DNA from: Octopus bimaculoides
Taxonomy: Eukaryota
Direction of reading: 5' to 3'
Assembly: GCF_001194135.2 (NCBI RefSeq)
Contig: NC_069006.1
Location: 16,122,018-16,186,004, forward strand
Length of the DNA: 63,987 bases
Shown: positions 22,864-36,609 of the stretch, in pieces
How positions within the stretch are numbered: the first letter of the stretch is position 1
Layout of the letters: each line of letters opens with the position of its first letter
Position numbers and translations under genes: made by a program
The notes under the pieces: model-generated
What the model saw: the letters and a program-made list of their open reading frames with translations, nothing else
What the model was told of the DNA's origin: nothing
Database searches by the model: none

Positions 22864-23514
22864 CAGTGGTTCTCAACCAGGGTTCATATGGCCCTTGGTG
22901 GGACTATATAAGATTTTGTTGTTAAAATTTATCTGCAATAAACTGGTTGTTGTTCTTGGCACTCCCTCGCTTCAACGTCGAGGGTTCCAGTTGATCCGAT
23001 CAACGGAAACAGCCTGCTCGTGAAATCAACGTGCAAGTGGCTGAGCACTCCAATGACACGTGTACCCTTAACGTAGTCCTCGGGGATATTCAGCGTGACA
23101 CAGTGTGACAAGGCTGACCCTTTGAATTACAGGCACGACAGAAACAGGAAGTAAGAGTGAGAGAAAGTTGTGGTGAAAGAGTACAGCAGGGTTCGCCACC
23201 ATCCCCTGCCGGAGCCTTAGGTGTTTTCGCTCAATAAACACTCACAACGCCCAGTCTGGGAATCGAAACTGTGATCCTATGACCGCGAGTCCGCTGCCCT
23301 AACCACTGGGCCATTGCGCCTCCACAGTAGACTGGTTATATTTCTACAAAACACAAAATATTTATGTTTTTTTTTTAAATACAATTCCTAATAATATTTA
23401 ATAATGAAAATATATAATAGGAGTCTTTTAGACATCAAATGGCTATGAGGGTTCCATCCTGAGTTAAATAGGAATCAAAGGAGTCCGTAGGCAAAAAATG
23501 GTTGAGAACCACTC
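22864..23514. mobile_element. hAT-type MITE interrupted by SINE C
   Basis: TIR cagtggttctcaacc / ggttgagaaccactc; degenerate 8-bp flanks cactaaag / cactggaa. Confidence 0.65.
22949..23325 (-). mobile_element. SINE family C, full length
   Basis: Head ggaggcgcaatggcccagtgg..gtttcgattcc; TSD aataaactggtt / agtagactggtt (10/12). Confidence 0.92.
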
Positions 23515-23677
23515 CACTGGAACAATGTTTCTTAACTTGAGTGGTGATAGGCCCTTAAGGGGCGCTGTGAGTACACAAGGCATGAAAAGTGTCAGACAGG
23601 TGCGGGAGGAGGGTGTTTAAATGGCTGCAGGCTTTAATTTGAAATAAAATGTTTAAGCCAGATACAATGTTTATATT

Positions 23678-24066
23678 TTAACTCTAGCATTTAAACCAGC
23701 TGTATCTGGCTTCAAATATTCTGTTTTATGTTTCAACCAGCTAGATCCAGCCTCTCAGGTCAACCCTACAATCATCATCATCATCATCATTGTCGTCGTT
23801 TAACGTCCGCTTTCCATGCTAGCATGGGTTGGACGATTTGACTGAGGACTGGTGAAACCAGATGGCAACACCAGGCTCCAATCTGATTTGGCAGAGTTTC
23901 TACAGCTGGATGCCCTTCCTAACGCCAACCACTCCGAGAGTGTAGTAGGTGCTTTTATGTGCCACATCATTGAAATTTTGGAGCTACAAGATAATGCGTG
24001 ATTAATTCAAACTTACGTGAATAAAGCATTACATTTGACGGAGTAATCTGAATGTTAAAGGGTTAA
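23678..24066 (+). mobile_element. TTAA MITE family 2 interrupted by an RTE-type tail (23770-23965, minus)
   Basis: MITE halves flank a (CAT)n-terminated RTE tail. Confidence 0.7.
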
Positions 24067-25685
24067 ACATAATTTCAAAAAATAATCTTTTAAAAAATGA
24101 GTAGGAGACATTTGCATTATCAATGAATAGAAATGGGAGCAATGAGGTGCCAAGGTGTAGTAGAATTTTGTTATATAAGTCCTTACCTTGTTTGGAAATT
24201 TCCATAAAAATTTTAACACAGGGGGACCACTAATCCATGCAAATATCTAAAAAAAGAGGCTCTAGGTGGGAAAGTATAAGAAAATATGGGTAATAAACCA
24301 CTCTGTAACATTAGATACTGTTTGATTGAAACAATCTTTCCTTGACAAACCATGAGGAGGGGGTGTGTTTGTAAAATATAATTTGGTGAGGAGGGGCACT
24401 GAGTTAGGAAAGATTAAGAACCATCACACTAATGTATAAAGCTACCGATTTTAACCCTAATTCTTTGTATTAGATTTCTTAAATTATACAAGAATAAACA
24501 TGGTACTCCAGTGGAGGTGATGATAGCGGTAGTGATGGTGATAACAATGGTGAAGGTGGCAGTGGTGGTGGTGGTGGTGGTATAGCTAATAAACTGTTGG
24601 CACAGGATAGAAAGTAGTACAAACAGAAAGTACATAAGTAAGGCTAGATATAGAAGAGAAGGAAAGACAGGGTGGAGAAGTGATGGGGGAAGGTTGCTTG
24701 GGAGGGGGGAAGAGAGTGGAAGAGGAGAATGAAGCTAGAAAGAGAAGATAATGAAAAGGCGGTGACGGTGGCGGTTAAAATTTTGAGTTTCTCCTAACAC
24801 AATAAAAACAATAACATATCTTGTTAAATAAATAGCAGAAGAAAGGAAAACAGTTGTTAAGATTCATTGTATTAACAAGTAGAACCACAACAGAGGAATA
24901 TTACCTTAACCGCAGCCCACCCTCATTACACCAGCAATCCTAGCAGGAACTATTAACATACACACACACACGTTCATCGTACATAGATAAGTACAATCGC
25001 TCTCTCTCTCTTTCTCTCCCCCTCTCTCTCACTCAGGCACATACACACACTCAGCAAATACTATATACACACAAAACAAAGAGAACAAGTACTCAATCCC
25101 TACAACGACTCATTAACAACGAAAACACTCACAAAGGCAGACGACACAAGTCAGGTACAGGTATCACATTTGTCAACACACACATACACACTATATGCAG
25201 CAAATAGAATAACCACAGAAACGCACACACACAGGTATCACAATTTAGCCACTACAAAGAACCAACACAAACGTACAAACAATATATTACTAGATCCATT
25301 CTGCTGGTCTTGCTCCACCCTGCTTCAAGCTATCTACCATAAATCATTACAAGAAACTATAAACAACACAAAATAAACACACTTCATTTCATATCATCAC
25401 AGGTTGCACATAAACCGCAGTACAAGACCACCTACACCATGAAACCTAAATACTCAAAATGAAACACAACCTAGAACTAGGATCACAGTTTATTGTTGTT
25501 GCAGCATTCTCCACCCCACACAGTTCTTGCAAGCTACAAGGCAAAGTCAGTTTTAAACATCCAAGCAAGTCAACAACTACAGCAGAACATTTCTATAACA
25601 TATAATTTAGTGACAGAGGTAGTATTAATACCGAGAGGTAATATTTATCCCCGCTTTAACGTAGATGTTCTATTAGAATGAAATA

Positions 25686-25840
25686 TACAGGGTGTCCACA
25701 AGGTCTGGGTGCATGAAGTAAATAAAATCATAACATAAACGATAGAATATAAAAAATAATAATTTCTTAAAGTATGTGTTAATCTCCATGTGGGTACATG
25801 GAGTAAATAAAATCATAACATAAAAAATTAAATATAAGAA
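25686..25840 (+). mobile_element. Tc1/mariner-like end fragment with internal duplication
   Basis: ta|cagggtgtcc start; gagtaaataaaatcataacataaa-like block present twice. Confidence 0.4.
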
Positions 25841-25929
25841 ATAGCCTTCATGCCGGTGGCACGTAAAAGCACCCACTACACTCTTGGAGTGGTTGGCGTA
25901 AATGACCTTTCATCGTAACATAAGAATGG

Positions 25930-26345
25930 TGGAATTTGGAATATAGAAATATGGAATATAGCACAGCAGAAGATCAAATATGGAATATAGGACAGTGGAA
26001 TATGGGATAACGGACAGCAGAATATCAGATGTGGAATATGGAATATAAGACAGAGGAATATTAAATGTGGAATATGGAATATAGAAAAAAGTGGTATATG
26101 GAATATAGGACAGTGGAATATGGGATAACAGACAGCAGAACATCAGATGTGGAATATGGGATATAGAAAAATGTGGAATATGGAATATAGGACAGAGGAA
26201 CATAAAATGTGGAATATGGGATATAGAAAAGTGAAATATGGAAAATAGGACAGTGGAATGTGGAATATAGGACAGTGGAATGTGGAATATAGGACAGCAG
26301 AATATCAAATGTGGAATACGGAATATAGATAAGTAGAATATAGAA
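25930..26345 (+). repeat. Degenerate minisatellite built from GGAATAT/GGACAG units
   Basis: Repeated tggaatatggaatataggacagtggaatatggga..cagcagaatatcagatg blocks. Confidence 0.9.
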
Positions 26346-26379
26346 TATAAAAAGAGAAAAAAGCTGTTTTTTATATCAT

Positions 26380-27517
26380 CACTATTATTAATATCATCAT
26401 CACAAATATCATGATTACTGTTTTCATCGTCAACTGCATTACTATCACACACCTGCTGTAACCATCAATTATCATCATCATCATCATCAACAGTAACAAA
26501 ACCAGCATCTCCAAACACAAAACTATTACAATCATAGCACCAAAAGCATCATAACTGTTGACAGCAACAAAATCAGTAACAAAACCACCACCATCATCAT
26601 CATCATCATCACTAATAGCAACATCACCATCACGTCATTGTTAACACCACCACCACACTACCATCGTCATCAGCATCATTGTTGTTGTTGTTCTTATTGT
26701 AACTGTACACCCCTGTCACTCTCGCTCTTTTGCAATTGCCATCAATCGTTAGCATCATCATCATCATCATCATCATCGGCAGCATCTTCGTCGTTGTTGT
26801 TGTTGTTGTTGCTATTTGTTGTCAATACCCATCTCTCACCTTCCTGTTGCCAACAACACCCATCCCCCACCACCATCAGCACCGTTGTTGTTGTTGTCAT
26901 TGTTAGTGTTGTTGCTTGCACATACTTCCTCCACTATCACCTTCCTGCTGTTGCCAACAACATCAACCACCACCACCACCACCACCACCACCATTCTACC
27001 TCCTGGCTATCATCTTTCCTCTGTTGCCAACAATGATTATTGTCATCTNNNNNNNNNNNNNNNNNNNNNNNNNNNNNNNNNNNNNNNNNNNNNNNNNNNN
27101 NNNNNNNNNNNNNNNNNNNNNNNNNNNNNNNNNNNNNNNNNNNNNNNNNNNNNNNNNNNNNNNNNNNNNNNNNNNNNNNNNNNNNNNNNNNNNNNNNNNN
27201 NNNNNNNNNNNNNNNNNNNNNNNNNNNNNNNNNNNNNNNNNNNNNNNNNNNNNNNNNNNNNNNNNNNNNNNNNNNNNNNNNNNNNNNNNNNNNNNNNNNN
27301 NNNNNNTCATCATCCACCCCCATCACTATCACATTTCTGTTCTTGTCTTGAATTATCAACATTATCATTGTTATTACCACCACCACCACCACCACCACCA
27401 TCATCAGATTCTCTCACTGGTGTACTTGCTTGCCATTCGTCCCAGCCCCCCCATCACTATCACAATTCTGCACCAGTGATGAATTATTATCATCATCACT
27501 GCTACTACTACCATCAG

Positions 27518-27552
<35 letters not shown>

Positions 27553-27799
27553 CTCGCATTACATTCACTTACCATTGCTACTGTTGTTATGGCATTCATT
27601 TCATTGTTACCACATCTCTGCCATCAACAATCATTAATATCACCATCACCACCACCACCATCATCGTCATCATCACCATCACCACCACCACCATCATCAT
27701 CACCACCACCACCACCACTACCACCACCACCACCACCACCACCACCATCATCATCACCATCACCACCACCACCATCATCATCATCATCANNNNNNNNNN

Positions 27800-27830
<31 letters not shown>

Positions 27831-27856
27831 CCATCACCACCACCATCATCATCACC

Positions 27857-27890
<34 letters not shown>

Positions 27891-27915
27891 CCATCACCAC
27901 CACCATCATCACCAT

Positions 27916-27947
<32 letters not shown>

Positions 27948-27960
27948 CCACCACAATAAC
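26380..27960. repeat. (CAT)n/(CAC)n/(GTT)n low-complexity tract
   Basis: Trinucleotide runs with two N gaps; source of poly-H/P/S ORFs. Confidence 0.9.
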
Positions 27961-28314
27961 AGTTGGCCTCTTCAGTTTTTACGCAAATAAACCAGCTTCT
28001 CAAGCCTAACACTAAACACAGTCATGAGGACAGTGTTAGTTATTCATTTATTTATTTATCTGTAAGTGAACAAAGCTTGCTCAATCTAAACCAATCCAGT
28101 TCCATTCTGGCTCAGCAGGATTGTACAGTTAATCCCTCCCATAAGCTGCTCTTCATGGCCAAGGTTGGAATCAGATAACAAAAGCTGCACAGCTGATTAA
28201 GCCAACATGATGTCTTCTATGATAGCTAAACAAAAAAAAATGACGCTGGTAATCGTTCCTAATTCTGACACAAGGCCAGTAATTCTGAGGACAGGAAGTC
28301 GGTTGAGTTCATTT

Positions 28315-28790
28315 AGCACCCACTACACTCTCGGAGTGGTTGGCGTTAGAAAGGGCATCCTGCTGTAGAAACTCTGCCAGATCAGATTGGAGTCTGGTGC
28401 AGCCATCTGGTTCGCCAGTCCTCAGTCAAATCGTCTAACCCAGGGGTTTTCAAACTTTTTGACTTGTGGACCCCTTTATATTTCAGGCTTTACCTTAGGG
28501 ACCCCCTTATAAATGCGTATGAAATTTATACATAAATATTTGCTTAAAATAACATATATTTTTACATTTATTTATTTAACAGTATTTAACAAATAGTTTT
28601 ATTGTCAATTAAAAGATTTCGATTAAAAAACATATATAAAATCAAATTGCCCATAAAAAGTATTTGCTGTCCACGGACCCCCTGTCTTGTCCTTGTGGAC
28701 CCCCTGTGGTCTGCAGACCACAGTTTGAAAACCCCTGGTCTAACCCATGCTAGCATGGAAAGCGGGTGCTAAATGACGATGATGATGATG
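28315..28790 (+). mobile_element. RTE-type 3' tail interrupted by hAT MITE
   Basis: cacccactacactctcggagtggttggcg..cagtcaaatcgtctaacc[MITE]catgctagcatggaaagc..(GAT)n. Confidence 0.85.
28441..28737 (+). mobile_element. hAT-type MITE, copy 1
   Basis: 16-bp TIR CAGGGGTTTTCAAACT; 8-bp TSD gtctaacc. Confidence 0.95.
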
Positions 28791-29084
28791 ACATGCACAC
28801 ACATAAAAGACCCAGCATCTTTGATTTCACCTTTGAATACAAAAACAGAAAGGCCAGATTCATCAAGGATTTCTAATTTCACCTCCAAATTATTCCAAAG
28901 GTATTTTAGCAAACAAAGCTTATTCAATCTAAACCATGTTGTGTTATACTGAAGATTTCAAATAAGGATGAAATAATACCATCTATTACGATAATAATAA
29001 AGAATATTAATAAAAGAATTGTATGCAATAAGATATATGCTCTTCTCCCTCTTTGAAAACAAAAAACATTTCTTCACATAAAGC

Positions 29085-29473
29085 ACAGGTGTGGCTGTGT
29101 GATAAGAAGCTTGGTTCCAAACCACATGGTTCCAGGTTCAATCTCACTACATAGTACCTTGGGCAAGTGTCTTTACTATAGCCTCAGGCCAAGCAAAGCC
29201 TTATGAGTGGATTTAGTCGATGGAAACTGAAAGAAGCCTGTCGTATATATAAGTGTGTGTGTGTAGATGTGTTTGTGTGTTTGTTCCCCACTAGTACTTG
29301 ACAACCAGTGTTGGTGTGTTTACATCCCTTTAACTAGCAGTTCAGCAAAAGAGATCAATAGAATAAGTACCAGCCTTTAAAAAAAAGAAGTACTGGGGTC
29401 AATTCATTTGACTAAAATTCTTCGAGGTGGTGCCCCAGCATGGCCGCAGTCTAATGACTGAAACAAGTAAAAG
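29085..29473 (+). mobile_element. SINE family A, full length
   Basis: Head, core, (TG)n, tail. Confidence 0.9.
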
Positions 29474-30038
29474 GTATATTTACTCATTCTCCTATCACTA
29501 CTTTTTACAAGACGAGAAGCCAAGGACCAAAACATATCTAGAATTGTCTTCCATACTTGCTTAAATTATCTTAAAGAAAATAATATTAGTCACAGACTAA
29601 CACTGTTGCTTTTCATTATCTTTTCTATCACTGATGGGGGAGGTATGCCATAATTGTTTCTAATTAACTTTAAAATGCTCAAAACATTAATTATAGCACT
29701 ATTTGGTTTATTCATAATTGATTTACTTAAAATGANNNNNNNNNNNNNNNNNNNNNNNNNNNNNNNNNNNNNNNNNNNNNNNNNNNNNNNNNNNNNNNNN
29801 NNNNNNNNNNNNNNNNNNNNNNNNNNNNNNNNNNNNNNNNNNNNNNNNNNNNNNNNNNNNNNNNNNNNNNNNNNNNNNNNNNNNNNNNNNNNNNNNNNNN
29901 NNNNNNNNNNNNNNNNNNNNNNNNNNNNNNNNNNNNNNNNNNNNNNNNNNNNNNNNNNNNNNNNNNNNNNNNNNNNNNNNNNNNNNNNNNNNNNNNNNNN
30001 NNNNNNNNNNNNNNNNNNNNNNNNNNNNNNNNNNNNNN

Positions 30039-30480
30039 AAACACACCAACACTAGTTGTCAAGCAGTGGTGGGAGACAACCACAGACACAAAGATATATA
30101 TATATCTACACACGCGCGCACGCACATATGCAACAAGCTTCTTTCAGTTTCCTATTTCTTTACTGCCCACAAGGGGCTACACACAGAGGGGATAAACAGA
30201 TTAAGTCGATTATATCGACCCCAGTGCATAACTGGTACTTATTTAATCGACCCCCGAAAGGATGACAGGCAAAGTCAACCTCAGCAGAATTTGAACTCAC
30301 ACACGAAATACCGCTAAGCTCACCACCTTCAGTTTCTGTCTACCAAATCCACTCACAAGGCTTTGGTTGACCTGAGGCTATAATAGAAGGCACTTGCCCA
30401 AAGTGCTATGCAGTGGGACTGAACCCAGAACCATGTGGCTGAGAAGTAAGCTTCTTACCACACAGTCATGCCTGCACCTA
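30039..30480 (-). mobile_element. SINE family A interrupted by family B SINE
   Basis: Duplicated ttcagtttc at 30143-30151 and 30328-30336. Confidence 0.85.
30152..30326 (-). mobile_element. SINE family B with deletions, nested in family A
   Basis: Family B tail, core and shortened head. Confidence 0.85.
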
Positions 30481-31128
30481 TATAGACAAACATAGCTTGT
30501 TGTAGCTCTTTATTACTGTATACAAATATGAGAGGGGCCAGTCAGATTTTTATGCAAATGTCCTGCAAAAAGTTTCGCCTCTACTGAAATTGAAGCCAAG
30601 GAGGCAGCCTCTACATCAGAAGCTCTCAAAACTGGGGTCCAAAGAAAGGGGAAATGAATGAAGGTAGCACTGAGGTCTGTGAGCTGAGTCTGGAATTCAT
30701 TGAGAATACAAACCTTTCAAACACCTGGGATCCATGGGAAAATTCATTAAAATAAAAGTGAAAAGCCCCAGAATTTCCCTCATGTCACATCTTACTGTCT
30801 TTGAAAATTACGAAAAAAGACAGACACATTGGGGTAATGTAGTCCAAGACATGCTACGCTTGAATAAAAGACAGGATATGCAACTCCTCACAGTTGAAAC
30901 ATCTTTGATCATGGCTCGACTCTATGAGGGCTGAGTTAGGGTTAAACATTAAACAGCACAAACAACAGCAACCAACAACAGCAACAACAACAGCAGCAGC
31001 AGCCAATATCAACAACAACAGCTAGAATTGTCTGTCCTGCTGCGCTTAGAACCGTTTTGATCTAGTTTCTTAAAAGTACCATTCACTTTATCTATCTCAA
31101 AATACACACACACACACATACACACACA

Positions 31129-31159
<31 letters not shown>

Positions 31160-31966
31160 ACTTCCTCTCTCTCAAACACATGCATACATACATACATACA
31201 TACATAGAGAAAGAAAAATGTATCATATTTTTGTATGTATGTATGTATAAGCATATCTGTGTTTGAAAGAGAGGGAGCAAGGACGAGTGAGAGAGAGAGA
31301 GAGAGATTATGTTTTTACAAACATACATTCTCCCAAACACACTCACACACACATGCATATATTTACAAACATAAACACATTCCATCTATGATATTAGGGG
31401 GAAAAAACGTTCTTGCCCCCATTTGTCACTAAGATATTACTTTTCATATATTTTCACTAAGAATGCTTTCAGAAGTATCAGCTGCCTTAGTTAAGGTAGT
31501 TTTCGCCTGGCCTGCCCCACCCACCCCTGTCAAAGTTCCAGGAATCCCTAATACCAATTGGCTCTGTTCAGTAAAATAACAACAACGGCAACACCATCAA
31601 CAATATCTTTTTCTACCCCCATCACTTTCTCCTCTTCATTCTATAAGTGCCAATTACTCGTGACTCTGTAATAATCATAAGCTATTCCATGGCCTCTTTC
31701 TCTCTCACCAAAAACGTTCTAGAAATCCCTAATTCTTGTTCACTCTGTAATAATATTCACAGGAGAGGAAAGAGATAGAGAAGGGTCGCTGTGCATAGAA
31801 CTATGCACAACCACCCATCTCTCTCTCTATCTATCTATCTCAACATTTTCAATTATTGCACACTGTTCTCCTTCCTACCCCACCGCCACCCACATACTGA
31901 CACAGTTTCTTTCTTTCTTTCTTTTCTTGTACAAGAACTAGCTTGGTTGTTATAGGAATAAGTAAA

Positions 31967-32012
<46 letters not shown>

Positions 32013-32947
32013 CCCTCCATTACTTTTTACCAATATTCAAAATTAACACAAAGATGGGAGACAAACAGAGACACAGAGAGAGAGCAATGAAAAGATGAAA
32101 TGAAATGGACCAATGAGGAAGCTTTGACATAGTTCTTGCCTGACCTCCACTAACAAACACGCCAAGCTCCTTGAATATAAAACAAAGAGGGAGCATATGT
32201 TAAACCCTAAATTTCAGGTTAAAGCACATGATTATGAAACAAACTTCTCAAGCATAAGTCTATGGTCTAGTTTTCTTGTTTACCCCAACATTTTGGGCTA
32301 ACATCCTCAACCCTTTAGCATTCAAACTGACCATATCCAGCCCCTCACACCTACCCTGCAATGTCATTCTAAAGATAAACAGTCACATCATTTGAAATCT
32401 TGAAGCTATGGGACAATACAGGATTAATTTTCATTGATCATTCTTTCTTGGTTACCAATTATTTCTCTCTTTTGCCACAACCACTTCCTCTGCACATTCA
32501 ACCTTCATTTTAACATTATCCACCACCGATTTTCCATTTAACTACTCTTTCTATGCTGTCAATCACCACCCTCTCTACCAGGAGCCACTTCCCATGGATA
32601 CTCATATCTCGTTCTTAACCTCATCTCACATCCACCATCAATTGCCCACTACATTTGCTCACTGCTTACTGTATTCAACCAGGGTTCTTCTTACCCCCTC
32701 TACTCCTATCCCTTTATGTCTCTCACTCACTCCCGCACTCTTACAACTATTACCTTTCTACAACTCCCTACCTCTCATTTGTCCCCTATCATCTATATTA
32801 TTCTGCTGTCCTTCATTTTCTGTGCAGCCAGTCATCACTTCCTCTCCACAGCTCCCAATCCACTTCTACTGACATCCACAACCACCCCTCATTCTCATCA
32901 CCTTATTACTATTTCTATTTACAGTCAACCACCCCAATACCTTTGTT

Positions 32948-33232
32948 CAGGGGTTTTCAAACTGTGGTCCACAGACCACAGGGGGTTCGCAAGGACAAGA
33001 CAGGGGGTCCGTGAACAGCAAATACTTTTTATGGGCAATTTGATTTTATATATGTTTTTTAATCGAAATCTTTTAATTGACAATAAACCTATTTGTTAAA
33101 TACTGTTAAATAAATAAATGTAAAACTATATGTTATTTTAAGCAAATATTTATGTATGAATTTCATAAGCGTTTATAAAGTAAAGCCTGAAATGTAAAGG
33201 GGTTCGCAAGTCAAAAAGTTTGAAAACCCCTG
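32948..33232 (-). mobile_element. hAT-type MITE, copy 2
   Basis: Same 16-bp TIR; 8-bp TSD cctttgtt. Confidence 0.95.
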
Positions 33233-33839
33233 CCTTTGTTAACCATTCACTATGTCCTCAACTATCACATAACTGACAACCGTTCATCTTCACCTCACCC
33301 ATTTTTAATTCAGTATGTATATGTGTGTGTGCATCCATGCCTGAATCAGTACAGCATGCACAAAGCAAGCCACTGTAGAGTTTCTACCAATGAAATTTCA
33401 CTCAAACCCTGGGCTACAAAGACTGATACATTTCCAGACGAGCTGCACAGCAGGATTGAGCCCACCACAATGGCATCTGTGAAGCAGGCTTGTTAGCCGC
33501 ATACTTATATATTTGATTCACTACATTTTACTTTTACTTTATTGACTTTTGCCAACTCCAAGTATTAAAAGTATTAACAGTCTCTTTGAATTCTAGTGAT
33601 TATATTACATTGCAGGAAAAAGAAAAAGGAAAAGAAAAAAAAACAGACGAGAGTGAAATAACAGCTTCTGTCTGTCTGCATTGGTGAGAGATGTGTGTTT
33701 GTAGAAGTGGAGAGTGAACAGTGACTGATCAATCACTAGAACTTTACCTAAACTCTTGTCAATATATTAAATGTGAGTGTACCTGTGTGTATGCATGCAA
33801 CTGTGTGTATGCCTATACATATACATATATATATATCAT

Positions 33840-33960
33840 CATCATCGTTCATCATCGTTTAACGTCCACTTTCCATGCTAGCATGGCTTGGACGATTTGA
33901 CAGAGGACTGGCGAACCAAATGGCTGCACCAGGCTCCAATCTGATTTGGCAGAGTTTGGT
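33840..33960 (-). mobile_element. RTE-type 3' tail fragment
   Basis: tttaacgtccactttccatgctagcatgg..ccaatctgatttggcagag. Confidence 0.75.
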
Positions 33961-34031
33961 TCATACTTTTTTGTTGCACACGTATTTTTTTTTGTTGTAC
34001 ACATTTCATGATGTCCTGTACCCACATATGC

Positions 34032-34061
<30 letters not shown>

Positions 34062-34062
<1 letters not shown>

Positions 34063-34220
34063 TGGCTTCTTTCAGTTTCCGTCTACCACATGTACTCACA
34101 AGGCTTTGGTCGGCCCGAGGCTATAGTAGAAGACACTTGCCCAAGGTGCCACGCTGTGTGACTGAACCTGGAACCATGTGGTTGGGAAGCAAGCTTATTA
34201 CCACACTTCCATGCCTGCAC
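34062..34220 (-). mobile_element. SINE family A, 5' half
   Basis: Head and core present. Confidence 0.85.
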
Positions 34221-34221
34221 C

Positions 34222-34261
<40 letters not shown>

Positions 34262-34355
34262 TATATATATACATGTACATATATATTTATATACATATAT
34301 ATACACATACATACATACATATACATGTACATATATACATGTACATATATACATT

Positions 34356-34447
<92 letters not shown>

Positions 34448-34670
34448 GATAGATATATATATATGCACAAACATAACATATATATATACACATATATATA
34501 TCAAGTCTATATCTATACACACACACAGCTGTATATATACATACATACACCAAAAAGATATATATAGATATATATATACATATATACATATGCACATAGA
34601 GTAGTTATATATATATTCATACATGTTATCAGATACATTACATATATGCATACAGGTATACACACACATA
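34220..34670. repeat. (TA)n/(TACA)n compound microsatellite
   Basis: Long AT dinucleotide tract. Confidence 0.95.
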
Positions 34671-34674
34671 TGAG

Positions 34675-34722
34675 AGGGGGTTGGAGGTAGAGGGGGCTGG
34701 AGGTAGAGGGGGCTGGAGGTAG
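34675..34722 (+). repeat. 16-bp G-rich tandem repeat, 3 copies
   Basis: aggggg(c/t)tggaggtag x3. Confidence 0.9.
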
Positions 34723-35422
34723 AAGGGAGGAGGGAGAGAGGGTAGGGGTAGAGAGAGATATTTAAAGAAATTTAAACTACAATCAATAGAAGAGTGTGTG
34801 TTGCAACAGTGATTTTAGTTTTATGGGTGAGTGAACAAGTGAGTCATGGTGATGAGAATTACTAACTGTTACACAGTCATCTGCTGACTAAATCTTTTAG
34901 AAGTGGCAGCATTTTATTAGTAGTGACTAGGAAAACTCTATCAATGGCAGGTGACCGTCTATATGTGTTTGTATATGTATGGATATGTGTGTGTCTGCAT
35001 TCATACAACAGGATTCTTTCAGTTTCCATCTATGCAATCCACTCACAAGGCTTTGGTTGGCCACAGGCTATAACAGAAGACACTTGTCCCAGGATGACAG
35101 ATTGAAGGACTCAATAGGATATCAGAGGAAAAGCTTTGCAGTATTTCTTCCAGGTCTGAGTTCAAACCTCACCTAGGTCAACTTTGCTCTTCATTTTATT
35201 TATAAAATAATAAAGATCAATAAAATAAACTACCAATCAAGTAATGGAATCAATTTAATTAACTAATTCCTTTACCACAAATTGTTTACTTTTGTGCCAA
35301 TGTTAGAAACAATTACTATTAAGACAGTGAGGTTGTTTTGAGGGAGATTTAACTGCTATTTCTGGCAGGTCAATAGACCACAAGGAGACTCTCCCACTGC
35401 CTTGCCTAACAATTGTCTAAAC

Positions 35423-35695
35423 CAGGGGTTTTCAAACTTTTTGACTTGTGGACCCCTTTATATTTCAGGCTTTACCTTAGGGACCCCCTTATAAATGCTT
35501 ATGAAATTTATACATAAATATTTGCTTAAAATAACATATATTTTTACATTTAATTATTTAACAGTATTTAACAAATAGGTTTATTGTCAATTAAAAGATT
35601 TTGATTAAAAAACATATATAAAATCAAATTGCCCAAAAAGTATTTGCTGTCCACGGACCCTCTGTAGTCCGCGGACCACAGTTTGAAAACCCCTG
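35423..35695 (+). mobile_element. hAT-type MITE, copy 3
   Basis: Same 16-bp TIR; 8-bp TSD gtctaaac. Confidence 0.95.
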
Positions 35696-36261
35696 GTCTA
35701 AACTTCTATGTCATGGCTGATTGAGGAAACCCCATGATCAAAGATATTCTGTCCATGACCATCATGTCTTTTAATAAATCCNNNNNNNNNNNNNNNNNNN
35801 NNNNNNNNNNNNNNNNNNNNNNNNNNNNNNNNNNNNNNNNNNNNNNNNNNNNNNNNNNNNNNNNNNNNNNNNNNNNNNNNNNNNNNNNNNNNNNNNNNNN
35901 NNNNNNNNNNNNNNNNNNNNNNNNNNNNNNNNNNNNNNNNNNNNNNNNNNNNNNNNNNNNNNNNNNNNNNNNNNNNNNNNNNNNNNNNNNNNNNNNNNNN
36001 NNNNNNNNNNNNNNNNNNNNNNNNNNNNNNNNNNNNNNNNNNNNNNNNNNNNNNNNNNNNNNNNNNNNNNNNNNNNNNNNNNNNNNNNNNNNNNNNNNNN
36101 NNNNNNNNNNNNNNNNNNNNNNNNNNNNNNNNNNNNNNNNNNNNNNNNNNNNNNNNNNNNNNNNNNNNNNNNNNNNNNNNNNNNNNNNNNNNNNNNNNNN
36201 NNNNNNNNNNNNNNNNNNNNNNNNNNNNNNNNNNNNNNNNNNNNNNNNNNNNNNNNNNNNN

Positions 36262-36609
36262 NACTGCGTGGCATCTTGGGCAAGTGTCTTCTACTATAGC
36301 CTCGGGCCGACCAAAGCCTTGTGAGTGGATTTGGTAGACGGAAACTGAAAGAAGCCCGTCGTATATATGTATATATGTGTGTACGTGTGTGTGCGTTTGT
36401 GTGTCTGTGTTTGTCCCCCCCAACATCGCTTGACAACCGATGCTGGTGTGCTTACATCCCCGTAACTTAGCGGTTCGGCAGAAAGAGGCCGATAGAATAA
36501 GTACTAGGTTTCTAAAGAATAAGTCCTGGGGTCGATTTGCTCGACTAAAGGCGGTGCTCCAGCATGGCCGCAGTCAAAAGACTGAAACAAATAAAAGAGT
36601 AAAAAGAGT
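36262..36609 (+). mobile_element. SINE family A (head lost in gap)
   Basis: Near-consensus core and tail with many CpGs retained. Confidence 0.9.

Noticed and set aside
27430-27990. Pro/Ser/His-rich 186-aa ORF
   Set aside because: (CAC)n/(CAT)n low complexity with a gap; no domain.
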